Source of the DNA: the human T2T-CHM13v2.0 reference genome, Homo sapiens
Assembly (NCBI RefSeq): GCF_009914755.1
Contig: NC_060938.1
Reading direction: 5' to 3' (one strand)
DNA: 64,000 bases
Numbering within the stretch: position 1 is the first letter of the stretch; each line of letters begins with the position of its first letter. Under the pieces are notes generated by a model that made no database searches, was not told where the DNA came from, and saw only the letters and a list, made by a program, of their open reading frames with translations. The position numbers were made by a program, and so were the translations under genes. This document shows positions 16,710 through 31,029 of this stretch, piece after piece.

Positions 16710-17121
16710 TGTAGTAGACAAAGTGATCAGCCCCAGTAGTGTACATCCACACTCTTGCCAGGCCTCCTGGTGGACAGAACAGTCATCCCCATCTCTTGAC
16801 TTGGGTTGGCTGTGTGCTTTGGCCCATAAAATATCAGTGGATTATGACACGGAGGCTTAAAACATAATTGTGTAGTGCACTTACCACCCGTGAGCTCACC
16901 CATGAAGAGAACCTGCCTCAGGGAGCCCCCCTCTTTCCAGGAGGATGAGAGTCATGTGGTGCAGAGATGGACCCAACCTGCAGCTGGGATGCACCTAAAT
17001 CAGTCAATCCTCAGCCAACCCACAGACTCATGAGTGAGAGACAAATGCTTCTTCTACCTGCAAGCCAGGGCAAGTTTGAGGTAGCTTGTTACACAGCATG
17101 ATAGCAATAGCTGCCTGAGAC
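16710..17121 (+). mobile_element. MLT1-type MaLR LTR
   Basis: Starts tgt and ends gtagcttgttacacagc...aatagctgcctgagaca, typical of MLT1. Confidence 0.7.
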
Positions 17122-18786
17122 ACCTGCACACTTGTTCAAATTCTGTGTTTTCTCCAACCTAAGCATCACCCCTTGTGGGAAACCAGGCCATCCAAGGGCA
17201 TGGATCCTGTGTCTCAGGAATGCTGGGATGCATAAAAGTGGAGAAGAGCTCTGCCGTGTTAACAGTGGTTATCTCCAGATTGTAGGATTTTTTTATTTTC
17301 TTCTTTATACTTTTGTGTATTTTCCAAAGTTTCTGTGATTAACACGTTTTTTTATAACCAGAAAGACTGTATTAAAAAATTAGAAACCAACTCTTCTTGG
17401 CACCTCACCAATCCTCACCCTTGGTGTCCCCAAGAACAAGAGGAATTGTCAAATCCTTCACCCACATAACTGTCTTCAAGTCTCTGGAGAAAGGTACTTG
17501 GCGCTCCACATATTGGGTTTTCTCAAAGTTCATTAACTCTAGTTCTTGTATGAGCACCTGCCCTGACACCGCCACCACTGCCTACTGCTCTCTGAAGGGG
17601 TCCCCTTTGGTCTCTAACTTTAAATCTTGGCGTCCCAACCTGAGTCCTATTCTCCAGGTAAGGAGGCTGGCCAGACAGGGATTGCAGGAAATATCTTGGA
17701 GAGGCTTCCCTGCCATGGCCTCAGCTGAAAAGGTGCTGGGCATTCCAGCTCCACTCCCACCCCCTTCACTGGGGGCCAGATGCCCGGCCCAGCCCTGCTC
17801 TTGGCTCAGGAGCAGCCAGGCCACTTGGGAGGCCTGTGCTCCCAGGCTGTAAGTGCCAGTCTGGCCAAAGCCACTCCATGGGAATGTCTCAAACATCTCC
17901 AAACCTGGGGGTTCCTCCATTTCCCTTGACTGGAGTCTCCAGAAGGTGCTGGCACTGTTGCCGTGCCCTTTGCTGCCAAAACTTGCTCAGCCCTCACTGG
18001 CGGCTGCTGGACTTTCTGTAGGACTCAGTCATGCATGGGATGCTGCATTCACAGATCCAAGAGAGGGAGCCTCATCCCCACCTGCTCTCCAGCACCATGA
18101 ACAGTGCACATGCTGAGGGCAGGAGCCCTGTGTCCTTTATCTCCAACTCCCTGTGCCTACCGGGGGGCTGGCACAAAGCAGGTGGTGCTCGGTGTTGAAG
18201 GAACAGGTGCGTGTGTGCATGAACAAGGGAGTTAGGTTCCTCACGGGGTACCAGAATGCTGCTTACTGGCTACCGTGCATCCCTGAGTTGTCCCCGCAAC
18301 CTGTGAGCCAGAAAGTTTTTCCTAATCCCCTTTTATAGGAGGAAACTGCAGCTCAGTGTGAAAATGTGCCTTGTCTGAGGCTACACAGACAGTCAGTGGT
18401 TGAGCCTGGACATGAATTCAAGTGCATTGGGCTCCAAATTGAACCACTGTCACTGTCACAGGACAGTTCAGTAGTAAAGGAACTGTAAGAACAAGAGCTC
18501 ACGTGTGGGATGCTTGCTGGATGCTAAGCTCATTACAGCTTAGGCAGCTTTCCCTGCAGGAGTGTTTATCCCATTGTACAGATGAGGCTCAGACAGTTTA
18601 AAAGCTTTCCCAAGGTCACATAGCCATCATGTCTGCCTCCTTTCAGAGTTAGAGCTCTCAGCCACTATAGGCTGAAGGGAGCATGATAGTGAATCGTGAT
18701 CTAGAGGCAGATTGGATGGCTCAAGCGCAAATGGAAGACAGCCCACAGACAGAATCAAGGGATGAGTGTGTTATTGTGTATCCCTG

Positions 18787-18912
18787 CCCAGGTGTGGTCT
18801 GAGGACCACATCGTGGGCATCCCCTGAGAGCTTGTGAGAAAGGCCGAATCTGCATTCAAGTGAGGTCCCCAGGCGATCCGTGTGCGCAGTAAGGGTTGCA
18901 AGCGCTGGTCTG
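18787..18912. mobile_element. MER5A-like remnant
   Basis: gtgtggtc..ggacca...gcatcccctgagagcttgtgagaaa..gaatctgcatt signature. Confidence 0.65.
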
Positions 18913-20240
18913 ATTTGCTCTGAGGTGGGTCTGAGTCTAGCATTGCCTTCCAGTGAGAAAGTGACTCTTGTGGACAGCTGGCATCATCCAAGGCTTCTGC
19001 TGCAGGGGCTGTGACCCAAGAGACATGAAGACCCTGGCCAGCCAACCTTCGACCCCCAGCTTGCACTGGTGTGGACACACACTCAAGCTGCAGGACACAG
19101 GGCGGGATAAGCCCCAGTCCTGAGCGTGCTTTTGGGGAGTTTCCTTCTGCCCTGATGGCCATTTTTCCCATCCCTCTCTTCCCTGGCCACTTCCTGTCTC
19201 ACCTCCTCCATGAAGCCTTGCGAGTTGTCCCGGCCCTAGGCAGAGACAGCAGAGCTCTCCCTGGGCTTCCAGCCTCTCCCACAGGCTCCTGAGAGCACCT
19301 GCCTTGTTACAGTCATCACTTAGTTGTTTCCACTCTTCTCTTCCCCACTGGAAGGAGAAGTTCTCAAGAGGAAAAGCTTTGTCTTAACCACATACCCAGA
19401 GCCCAGTGTGAAGCCCAGTCCAGAACAAGCCCTCGGTAAATCTGTGTTGTACATCCTCATGTCCTCAGAACACGTGATGAATGAATGAAATTCTCAAGAA
19501 TAGGAGTAAATCTCTAAGTGAACATTTTAAGAAAGGTGTAGAAGTCAAAAGTGAGGGATATTTAAGGGGGGGCAGAAGAATATCAGCTACAACTTGGTCT
19601 TCGGGATCGACTGTGTCCTGTGCACAGGGCACCACACCACCTCGCGGGATGAGCTGCCTCTCTAGCACCCATTGGAGGAGCCCTGCGCAGCCGGCCAAGT
19701 GCCCATGAGTTTTCTAGGGGAATTACTGGGGGAAGAGTTCCCTCGCCCAGCCTCCACAGCATCATAAATCACAGGAATTCTGTCACCTGTCACCCTAGGC
19801 TGCTGCCAAGGAATCTGGAGGGAGAAGACTCATGAGCCAAGGCGAGGATGGCATCTGTCTCCCGGGAGCCAGCAGGACTTATCCTGGGCTGAGTGCAGCC
19901 AAACAGGCCCATGGGGCCCTTTCAAGTCCCTCAGACTCCCTGGCCCTACTGACCTTTAACATGGAATTGGGATGGGAAGGGCTAGAAAAACAGGATGGGC
20001 ACCCTAGGGCGGTGTGTTTGTGTGTGTGTGCGTGCATTTAAATTACTGTCTGTTCCTAGATTATTCACGGTGGCTGGATAGATTATCACCAATTCTAGAG
20101 AATGGATTTGGGAAGATTTGACTAAAAATAAGATCTCATGATAGCTACAAAATTGGCTGATGAGGGGGTGAGGTCGAGAGCTCTCTAACTTTCTTTTCTT
20201 TCACATAGAGCAGTGTAGCACATCACTGAAAGGATTTCAA

Positions 20241-20577
<337 letters not shown>

Positions 20578-21599
20578 CTAACAATTTAAATGTTTCTGTC
20601 ACATCCTGCACTGGATATGGTGTGAGGGGTCCTCCATCATTATTTGTTTCTGCATGATTGATTTCAATTTTTCTATTTCCTATGAGCACCCATAAGAAAT
20701 TATGTTAGGCAAGATGCTGCTATCTAGAAGATGAACAAACTTTAATTTTCTTCCAGCAAATACCATAAAGGTGAGAATTGCGAGAGTCGAAAAGCCAGTT
20801 TGACAGGAACAAGTGGTCAGCCTGGGAAAGGCAGGTGCTTTCAAGGGCAACCAACACTGATGCCTGGGCTCAGAGGGAGACAGTAATTAGCTCAAGGTCA
20901 CACAGCAAACAGGCAGCAGAACCCAAGTCTGGCTGACCTTAAGGCTGGGATGCTTTTCCTGATCAAAGCTTCTCAGACTTTCCCCCAACATCCCTAACGG
21001 CAAAGGAGAGTGAACTCGGACCTGCAGGGCACTGGCGCGGAGGCCAGAGGGGAAGCACAGGATTTCTTTGCAGTTTCATCAGAAAATTTTATATAAGTGA
21101 ATTTGCATTCTATTTCATAATGCGTTGCTCTGGTACAAAAATTATGTTTTGTCCTTGTAACAATCTCACAGTAAAATAAGTTATCCAGGAAGCTGCACCT
21201 CAAGTCCCACCTGGCAGAGCTCGGAGACCCGGGACCTCTAGGGAGTAGCTGCCCTCACCCCACACAAGCCTCCACTATCTGTAAACACAGGCTCCTGTTT
21301 CAAGAAGTTTTTACCAACCACTCCAAGCCCAAGTTTTTCTGAGCTTTGCTCTCCAGGGGCCTGGAGCATTTCTCGAAATCACAAAGCCTCGAACTTTTCC
21401 ATTTTTTATGTTCTGGGAGATGTTATTTGGGGAATTCCCTCAGGCACTGCGCTCTGCTCCGTCTAATGGAAGCTGAGCTGCGCTGGTGTCGGGTTGCCCC
21501 ATCCAGCCAGCCAGGTGGGCCCCCACTCTCCTGCAGCTCCACATCCAGCCCACCACCAAGCCCTGTCCATGTCCCCTCCTGCTCTTGGACCTTTTTCCA

Positions 21600-22200
21600 C
21601 TTTTCCCCATCTCTGTGCCCCACCTGGACTTGACCACGCCCATCTCTGGCCTGGACCACTACAGCGGCCTCCTTCCTGGTTTTCTGCTTCCACTCTTGCC
21701 CTCTCAAACCCATTCTCCTCACAGCAGCCCCAGCAATTCCTCAAATAAACAAATTCAGTCATGCCCACCCTCCCTCTTGCCCCTTCCATGGCTCCCTATT
21801 GCCCACATGTCAACCCATTTTCCAACGCCTACAAAGCCTGCATGGCCTTGGCCACCTCTCCAGCCTGATATGAAGCACTCGCTTTTCCCCTTTATTCCTG
21901 TGCTCCAGCCAGACTGGCCCCTCCCAGTTGCTAGAATTCACCAGGCTCCTTTTCAGGAGGTTCACTGATGCTGTCCTAGCTAACTGTATTGTTGTCCCTT
22001 TAGCCCTTGCCTACTCCCACTCATTTATTCAGGGCATTTTTCCTGAGTGCCTGCTACGTGCCTGGCACTGTGCTAGGTACTCAGTGTACTGTGGTGACCT
22101 AGTTCTTGCCCTCTTGGAGCTTATTATCTAACAGGTGGAGAGTTACACGGGAATAATCACGAACTGTGAGAAATGCTAGGATGGGAAATAGCAAAGTGCA
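21600..22200. mobile_element. L2 fragments
   Basis: tctctggcctggaccactacagcggcctccttcctggt...cacagcagcc and tcatttattc...tgagtgcctgctacgtgcctggcactgtgctagg are L2 motifs. Confidence 0.6.
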
Positions 22201-22578
22201 AAGGAAGAGACTATCAGGGTGGGGACAGGGAAGAGGACAAATGAAGCCTCTTCCAACTCATCCTTAGACCTCAGCTCAAAACTCACCTCCTCTGAGACGC
22301 CTCCCCTCCCCGCTAGACAGGCCAGGCCCTTGCTCATCTGCTCTACAGTTCCCTATTCTCTTCTTCCCCAGCACTTGCCATAATTTGCAATTAGACATTG
22401 ATTTGTGCAACTAGAGCAGTGGGGAGGAATGTGCTGTAGAATACCTACTCTGCCTCCAGTGGGAGCTTGGGGAGGTGTCCCCATCCCCAAGGCTGTGTTC
22501 ATCCACACAATCATCTAGAGATGTATCATTAACCCGTGCCATAGAGGAACTGACTGAGGCTGGGAACAAGAGAGGCGG

Positions 22579-23095
22579 TGTGAGTCATCTACTGCTGCCT
22601 AACAAATTATTCCAAAGCTTAGCAAAACAATGACCATTTATTATCTTATTCCTATGGGCCAGGGATCTGGTCATGGCTGAGAAGGGTCCTTTGGCTCTGG
22701 GTCTTTCCAGAGGCTTTGATCAAACTGTTAGCCAGGGCTGCAGTCTCACCTGAAGGATCGACCAGGGAGAATCAGCTCCCAATTTCACTCACACAGCCAT
22801 TGGCAGATGAGGTTCCTCCCTGGCTGTTTGACTGAAGGCCTCAGTTCTTTGCCAGCTGTTGGTGGGGGGATCTCCCTCAGCTCCTGGCCCTGTGGATCTT
22901 TCCATAGAGCAGTTCCTAACATAGCAATTGAGGGAGTGAGGGTGAGCCAGCAAGCTGGAAGCCACAGGCTTTGGGAATCCTAATCTCAGAAATGACAGCC
23001 CATCACTTTGCTGTGCTGTATTGGTTACAAGCAAGCCACCAGGTCCAGCCCACACGCAAAGGAAAAGATTACCCAAGGGCTTGAACACAGGAGAT
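22579..23095 (-). mobile_element. MLT1-type MaLR LTR
   Basis: tgtgagtcatctactgctgcctaacaaatta...ggaatcagctccca...catcactttgctgtgctgtattggttacaagcaag...ccagcccacac. Confidence 0.7.
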
Positions 23096-26000
23096 AGAGG
23101 GGGCGGGTAGTCACTGGGAACCATTTAGAGGCTACCGATCACAGAGGTCACATAATCTTCCCAAGGTCTCGTCGCTAGAATGTGCTCCAGCTGCCTTTGG
23201 GAGCTGGGCTCTCTGTGCCCACCACAGGGAGCAAGGACAGGGCAGAAACAGGCAGCTTTCTCCAAGCCTGGGGACCTCCTGCTGCTGGTCTTGGCCTTTC
23301 TGAAAACCACAGCAAATGCACCTTCTCCCATAGAAACTAGAGATGGTTTCCTGCCCAGCCCAGGAGGCTGAACGGGTTACAAGCATTTGCCATGTGAGCT
23401 GAAAAACGCTAGCTTTCAAAACCCAGGCCCTGCGGAACCCACAAAGGGGTGAGTGGCTGGAAAACGGGCCCATCTATTACCCTCCTGGGGCTGTGTGTAA
23501 ACTGAAGAGGGCGTTATGCCATGGTCCTAACCCAGCCTTACAAAATGACTTCTCCTCCCGATTTTCTTGCCTTACACTTGAAAAGCCATTCATGCCTCCT
23601 CTGGTGCCCTCTCTGGGGGTTCAAGAAATCCCACAGTTCTTTTGTTTCTCCTCTCAAAAACGAACTCACTATATATCCTGTATCCCTGGGCTGGTGGAAA
23701 ATTAACTCTCAGTTATTTGGGGGAACTCCCTCCCCATCTTCACCCCCAACCCCATTGGGGTGGCATAGTCCGGGGCAACTTAGTGCAGAACAATTGGAGG
23801 TTATTTCCCCAGGAGAATGTAAGCTGAGTGACAGCAGCGACTTTCGTCAGTTTCATGCAATGATGTGCAGTGGGTGCCTGGCACATAGTTGATGTCCAGT
23901 AACTCTTTGCGGAATGTTGAATGAATGCGTTTTGCCTTGTTGCTACACCCCTCACCCAAAACATGCTCCTAAGGGAAGGACAAAGGAGTCTCCGCCAGGC
24001 TAGGGGCCCGAGTTCCCTTACGCAATACAGGCTTGTCCTCTCAGGATCCAACATGTGACTTGTGAGTGAGGAGTCACTGTACTGCACTACGAGTCTCTTC
24101 TGTCCTAGGACACCTGCTTCTACCCTTCCTGGATTCCAGAAACTTCTCCCTACTCAGCCAGATCCACCTCCCCATTCCCTAATCCCCCCAATCCCACTGT
24201 TCTTCCTAGAAAGATCCTCTTTTCTCAAAAACAAAAGCCTCTTTCTCACCTTTGCCCTTGGGGGTGGGAGCCAGGACAGCCATTGGCTCCAGGGCCAGCC
24301 CCCAGCTCTGCTCCCTGGGACTGGGGCAAGGGAGGAGTGAGGGGAGGGCTAATTCTAGCTCTTCTTTTTGATCTTTCCCAGCAGTGAAACAACACCTGAA
24401 TTTGTATCTCAACAAGTTTTCCAGCTCAAGGTTGCAGGAGGAGAGTGCTGACACCCAGCAGAGGAAACTCAAAGTCTGAGCCTGCACTCTGCATGGAGGT
24501 GAAGTGCTTTACTTCCTGGGGGCCTGGTCTTCCTACCAAGCACCCTTCCCGCAGCTGGTGGGGTGGGGAAGGCGTTGTCAAGTGAATAAAATAGCACAGT
24601 GTAACCAGCATCAGGAAAATGGCCGCTCTTGCCAGCATGGGTGTGGCTGCCTGAAATGCTTCCATCATAGCTTCATTCCATTGATCTAGGGAAACGGCAG
24701 AAAACCCCCTTCTCAGGCACCCAGACACCATCCTTGGTGGGGCTCCTCCCTGTAACATGCAAATCTATACCAGCTAACAGAAGCCGTGAGTCTCAGGCCT
24801 CGTGGTGACCTTGTCCCCTTTAGGGTTAGTCACACCAGGAGGAAGGAGACTCAGGCCCCGACTAGCCACCAAGCAAAGCCCACATTTGTTAGGCACTTAC
24901 TGAATGCCAAGTACAATGTTAGTGCTTTTCACGATCATCTCATGTAATCTTTGAGATAGGAATGAACACTCCCACTTTACAGGTGAGGAAACCGAGGCCC
25001 AGAGAGGTATGACTTGCTCAAGGAGTAATGCCATGGGAAGGGTGACATGAACATACTTGACTCCGCTGCCCACACTCATAATTACCATGGCCTCCTGCTC
25101 CCTCCAAATCCCAATAGCAAGGGATCAGCACCAAAGGAGGACAGACATGGTGGGGAAATTCAAAGGGATTCATGACCATCTGGGCAATCCGGGAAGGCCT
25201 CATGGACAATGACCCAGGATTTGAAAGACAGGTGGTATCTGACAAGTGGGCATTCCAGAAGGAGCAAAGGTACAGAGAGGTGTGAAAGCACAAGGAAGTT
25301 TCCAGGCCCTCAAAGCCATCCCTATAAGCTCATGTATTATCGGACAAGTGGGGAAGTCAGGGAGAGAAGGTGAGAAAGGTGGGCTGGGGCTCCATTGCAA
25401 AGAGTGGGATGACGTCAACCCCGGAGAGCTCTCTGGGTCTGACCAGGCTGAGAAGGGCCAGACCGTGAGTGGCATGGGCAGCAGAACCCAGCCCTCAAAT
25501 CTTGGGCATCTAGTACCCAGGTACACAGGTCCTTTGCTGGAAGACAGGACACCCAAAGCCTCCTGCTTCTCTGGACTTGTGAAGCCCCAGCTGCCATTCC
25601 CCGATCCCTCCACCCAGACACCTGGACAACAGGGAGAAGGGGTGCAGGAAGGTTGGAGCAAATTCATTCCAGACAGAACACACGGATCCCCTGCCATGGG
25701 CGGCCCCTAACGACGCTGTCTGCATTTTCGATGCAGACCCAGCTTGAAAACCCACTGAACCCTTCTGCAACTTTTTTCCTTCTAACCAGGCTTTAGAGAG
25801 CTTACGAGGAATCTTGATTAGTTAGACTAAGGAAATTACATTTTCCCTGCGAATTGAGCTAAATTTGAGGAAATATTCTGTTACGCATGCACTGAGATTC
25901 TTGTAAGATTGTGTGTGTGTGTGTGTGTTTAAAGCCTTCATTACTACAAATATTAAAACAAAACAAAACAAAACATTTTTAACCACCCAGATTGTCCAAC

Positions 26001-27579
26001 CCTCTCACTGAGTGAGGAACCAGAAGACCAGAGAGGGCCTGGGCATTGCCTGGGGTCACACAGCAGTGAGTGGCAGAGCCCAAGGGCCCAGAATTCCTCA
26101 TGGACTCCAGCCCAGTGCTCCTTCCACACTCCCATGCTGGCTTGGTTTGGAACTGCTGGGGCCTGAAGAAGGGCAGAGAGTGAGCCCAGGACTCGGGGCT
26201 TAGTGCAGCCAAACTTGAGGGCTCATCAAAGCCTTGGCTGAAAAGACTCTTCACCCATACCCCTCACTCAGACACCATGGAACCTGGCTCAGTCATTCCT
26301 CCACAGAGGGAAGCTAACACGCCTTGGAATGAGCACTGGTTGGGGAGTCAGGAGTCCAGGGATCCAGCCCAGCCAGGCCACTTCTTAGCTCAGCAGCACT
26401 GGGCTGCTCCTGTCACCTCTCTGGCTTCCTTGGCGGTTAAAAAAAAAAAAAGAGCGAGAAACCCCCCGAAAACAAATGGGGGTCAGGGGCGGAGGCAGGT
26501 AACACAGCCCCTGTAGTCACATGCAGAGTGAATTCGAAACCAGCTCTGGAGTCACACTGCCTGGGACTGAATCCCACTTCAGTGCTATGTGACTAAGGCA
26601 AGGAACGTAAACTCTCTGTACATGTTTCCTCATCTGTGAAACAGGGATAATAATAACAGGACCTACCCCCTTAAACCAGTTGTGAGGAAATTAAGTAAGA
26701 TAATTCTGTATATGTGGAGAGTTCAGGATAGCGCCTGATACATAGTAGGTGTTCTGCATAACTGTGTAAATAACTGTAAAAAATTACCTGCTATTGTTAC
26801 TGCTCCTTGAGCCTCCATTGACCTCACACTCCCTGCCCAGGACATGATACATGCTTGGAAGACTCAGATGTCTGTATGCCCAGAGCCTAGCCCAGTACCT
26901 GGGACTTACGTAGTAAGAGTGGGGCGCGGGGGGCGGGGGCGGGGGGCAGCAGCAGGAAGGGGAATTGCTCAATACACGCTCCTGGAAATATTAATTTTTT
27001 GAAGTGGATGCATGCAATGCACTGAGCCCCCCTCCCCTACAAACTCTCCCTCCCACACCCAAGCAGCTCCTCCAGGACTCAAGGGCTGGTGAATGAATCT
27101 TTGAATGATAAATATTCCTATTTTGATGTCCATTAATAATGAGCTTGTAGGCAAGATGAGTCATCTAGACCTGGTTCACGGATATCCCTACAATTCCAGA
27201 GCCACAGAGTCAACGATCCTGGACATTCATTCATTCAACAAACATTAACTGGGTGCGTGGCAACCTACTGATTCATGAGTTGGAAGAGGATAAAATATTA
27301 TATAGAAGCCATACTTAATGTTATTGGACACGTGTTCCCTAAGCGCCTATCCTCTGATCTTGTGCAAACTATACTTATGTGACCTTGTTTATGAATTAAT
27401 GACGGCCAGCTAATCCTTCAGAAGACTCCAATTTTAGGTTTGCGCAAAAGCCCTTCAGCCTTTACAAACGAGGACCTGTCTTTCTGGGTTGAGCTAACTC
27501 CTCTGCTAGTTAAAAGCTTTCCTGTGTCTTTAAAAGGGGGAGGCATCCTATCAAATGGACCCTAACGCATAGGCTGAAG

Positions 27580-28360
27580 GCACGTGAAGTCCCACCCACT
27601 TTCTATGACGTCCCGCGTCCCGGCTTCTGATTGCCCGCCTGAGACGTCAATCGCAGGGCGTGTGTCTTGCTGGGACACAGTGGAGGTCTAACCTTTGGTT
27701 TGCGGAGCGGTCGGGTGTATTCTCCGCCGCCCCCACGCCCTCGAGGTCCCCGCCACCGAACCAGCGGCGGAGCCCGCCCGCGCCTCCCGCGGCATTCCCG
27801 CACCGGATCGCTCCTCGCTGGGGCGGGACCTGGCCTGGCGGCTCTGGTCACTATGGTCAGTGATCGTGGGGGATCGCGAAGGGGGAGCGGGCAGGGGGCG
27901 CGGTGGGCGGGGTCGCTGCCGGAGCGGGTGCACCCGCGGGACGGGGGTCGGACGCGAGGCTCAGCCCCCAGCTCGCCCCCGCCGCTTTCCGACCCCCTGA
28001 AATACGGAGTCCGGACGGATACTGAGGGCCAAGTCGCGCCCCCCTGTACCCCGTGGATGTGCAGCTGAGGAGGTCCAGCTCGGCCCCGAGCCCCCGCCCC
28101 CAGCGTGTCCGCCCCAGGTGGCCCGGGGCGCCGCCTCGACGGCGCTGGGTGGGCGCCCTCGACGGAAGCAGGGACAGGGAGGCTGCAGCACTACGGGTCG
28201 CCTCCTCTTTGTTAAGTAGCCCCCCAGTCAGCAGTCCACGGCCCCACCCACCCGACGGCTCGGCCGTCAAAGACCTCCTGGCCCCTGCCCCAACCCCAAG
28301 GGAGGATCTAGGGGTTGCACGGGGCACCAGGTCGTCTGCTCCGTGGGCGACTAGACCGTC
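27580..28360 (+). promoter_or_regulatory. OTUB2: OTUB2 CpG-island promoter and first exon
   Basis: Dense CpG/GC-rich block with an E-box CACGTG at 27581, CRE-like TGACGTC at 27606 and GACGTCA at 27643, and a GC box GGGCGG at 27821. It contains the start codon. Confidence 0.9.
27853..27855 (+). CDS. OTUB2: OTUB2 exon 1 coding part (ATG only)
   Basis: gtcactATG|gtcagt donor. Splicing to 38695 gives MSETSFNLISEK, the recognised OTUB2 N-terminus. Confidence 0.85.
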
Positions 28361-30593
28361 TCCATCTTTGGAGTCAGGACCCACCTAGAGAGGATGCCTC
28401 AAGTTGTGAGGCGCATGAGTTAGGGGTCGGGGAAAAGAAAATACTCAGGAATCCCTGATGGAGAGCCTTGTCTGCGCAGAACGAGGCCCAGAGACCCTCT
28501 GAGCCAGGCTAACCCTGGGCTTGGGCAGGTGGGGAAACTGAGGCCAGACAGGGCAGGGCTGGTACTGATTGTGGTGGACCTGGGGCTTGAACCCAGGCTC
28601 TGGACTCTCAGTTCAGTGCTCTTTGTGTTACATCGGCTCACCTTCCAGGTTGCCGTGGGGTCAGGCATCCTGCAGGGGACTGGGTGGCATGGCTGCCTAA
28701 GACCCTTCAACCCTGAGCAGGGGGAGCCTGTGGAGTGAGGGCTGGGTGGCTTGAGTCGGGGCCACACAGCCCCAGGTTCAAGTCTCACTTCCACCTGTTG
28801 GAAAGCGAAGAGGCTTTGGTTGGTCCGCTCTCCCCCTCAGCACCGTTTTGCACATCTGTGTCATGGGAACCATGTGATATGATTAGCTGGAGCTTTTCCT
28901 GTGACAACAGAGTCCTGGAAATGGGTGTGCACAGATGCCTGGTTCTTCAAGCTTAGCCTCCTCTCTCCTATGACTGGGCAGGAAAATGGGTCACCACGGC
29001 AGCATGCTGCCGGGCTGGGGCATGGGTCAAAGCCTGGTCATGGCCTGGCACGATCTGGGTGTGGCATAGGCAGCCAGGGCACTCGAGCTGGGACTGTCCT
29101 TGCCAAGCCAGCCTGCTGCCTGGGGCATAGCTGGGGGCCTCTGGAGCATCTGGAAGCACCAGCTTCCTGCTTCCACTTGGTGCCCAAGGGTTTACCTGGT
29201 TGAGCTGCTCCTGGAAGGCAGCCCAGGTGTTTCTGCATCACCCACCAGGGAGTGGTGGAGCTGGGGTAATGATGGGCTTAGCCACCCGGGAGCTGGAGGC
29301 TGGCATGCCCTCTGGCCACCACTCGGCAGCTGAGAGCACAGCAGAGGCGGTAGCTGCTCTTTGTGCCATGCAGTGAGGCCGCTCACTCTGCTCCCTATCT
29401 GCCCTGACTCAGGAGACTGGAAGTTAGATGGCAGATGGGGTCCAAAGCCCTCACCCCTCACCGGGGGCTTGGGTGCCTTGGCGAAGGATGAAGTGGTTAA
29501 CCCACTAAAATATGACGTCTGTCTGGTAATCACAGGGGTGGAGGCCATGCAGGGTCTTTTCCCTTCCCTGCACATGGCATTTATTGAGCACCTACTGCAT
29601 GCGGGGACCATACTGGGCCCTGTGCTGCATGGTGGGTTTTTATGTTGAACTTGCATTGTGTGGATGGTGGTGACAGAAGGAATATCCTTGGAAAATACAG
29701 CATCTTCTTTACTTTCCTGTTTCTACATCACTGGGCTAAGCTTGAGGAAGGGCGCCCCGTGGAAGACACAAAGACACTTGGGAAGGTAGGGGTGAGACAA
29801 GGACCAGACCTCTGGCAGGGACTGCAAATAGCTAGGGTTCTCGTGCACTCAAGGTGCATTTCATGTTTGACGAATGAATGAGTCAGACATAAGCAGGAAA
29901 ACCGCAGGGTCCTATTGTGCTTTGTTCTGTTATTTGTCAAACAGGCCCCCAGTGGGCACCTTTGTCAGGCCTGTGCTGGGCACTGTGACACTGATGAGAA
30001 AGACAAGGTGCCTGCCCGCTGTAGGAGCTCACTGCCTGCTGGCCAAGACAGCTGGACACAAGCAGTGTCTGAGCTACAGGTCATGCCTAAGAGGCCTAAG
30101 GACATTGGGAACACAGTGAGAGGTCAATATGCTCTGAGGGAGTGGGGGTGTTGGAAGGTTCTGCAGAGGAGGTCTTTTGAGCTGAGTTGAAGGATGTATA
30201 TGAGTGTTCAAGAAGGATTTGGGAAGGGCACATTCCTTTTGGCGGGTGCGGGGGGACAGTGGGCTATCAGGCCTTGAAGCATGGTCAAGAATAGGGGATT
30301 TTGGCAAAGGTGAACAGCCTCTGAAGATGCAAGGAGATTGAGGGAGGCAGGGAAATTGAGTCTAGAAAATTTGGTGGGGTCAGGATGTTCTGTGCAGGGC
30401 CTCACTTGCTGTGCTGTGGGGTTTGGGTTTTATTCCACCAATGAGGGGGAAACCATAACATAATTTTGACAAGTAAGAGATGGTTGACTTGGACGACCTC
30501 TCTGACGATGAAGTGGACACAGGGTTGGAGGTAGCCAGGCTGGAGTCAGAGCCTGGCTAGTCCCATGCATGCATCTGTCTATTCATTCATGCA

Positions 30594-31027
30594 GTGTGTG
30601 AGCTTCCCAGGCTGCCATAACAAAGTACCACAAACTGGTGTAGAGCAACAGAAATGGATTCTTACAGTGCTGGAGGCTGGAAGCTCCAGATCAAGGTGTC
30701 AGCAGGGCCATGCTCCCTCTGAAGGCGCTAGGGAAGGTTCTGTTCCAGGCCTCCCTCCAAGCTTCTGGTAGCTCCTTGGCTTGTGGTTGCAGAACTTTGA
30801 TCTTCACGTGGTGTTCTTCCTGTATGCCGGTCTGTGTCCTAATTTCCTCTTTTTATAAGGACACCAGTCGTATTGAATTAGAGGCCCACCCTACTCCAGT
30901 ATGACCTCATCTCAGCTAATTACATCTGCAATGACCCTATTTCCAAATAAGATCCCATTCTAAGGTACCAAGGATTAGGTATTCAACATATGAATTTTGG
31001 TGGGGGGACACAGTTCAACCCATAACA
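30594..31027 (-). mobile_element. MLT1 (B/C-like) MaLR LTR
   Basis: gctgccataacaaagtaccacaaactgg...ctggaggctggaag.tcca.atcaaggtgtc.gcagggcc...ggggggacacagttcaacccataaca. Confidence 0.88.
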
Positions 31028-31029
31028 CT

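Noticed and set aside
27603-28388. Many overlapping Arg/Pro/Gly-rich ORFs on both strands
   Set aside because: Expected in a stop-poor CpG island.
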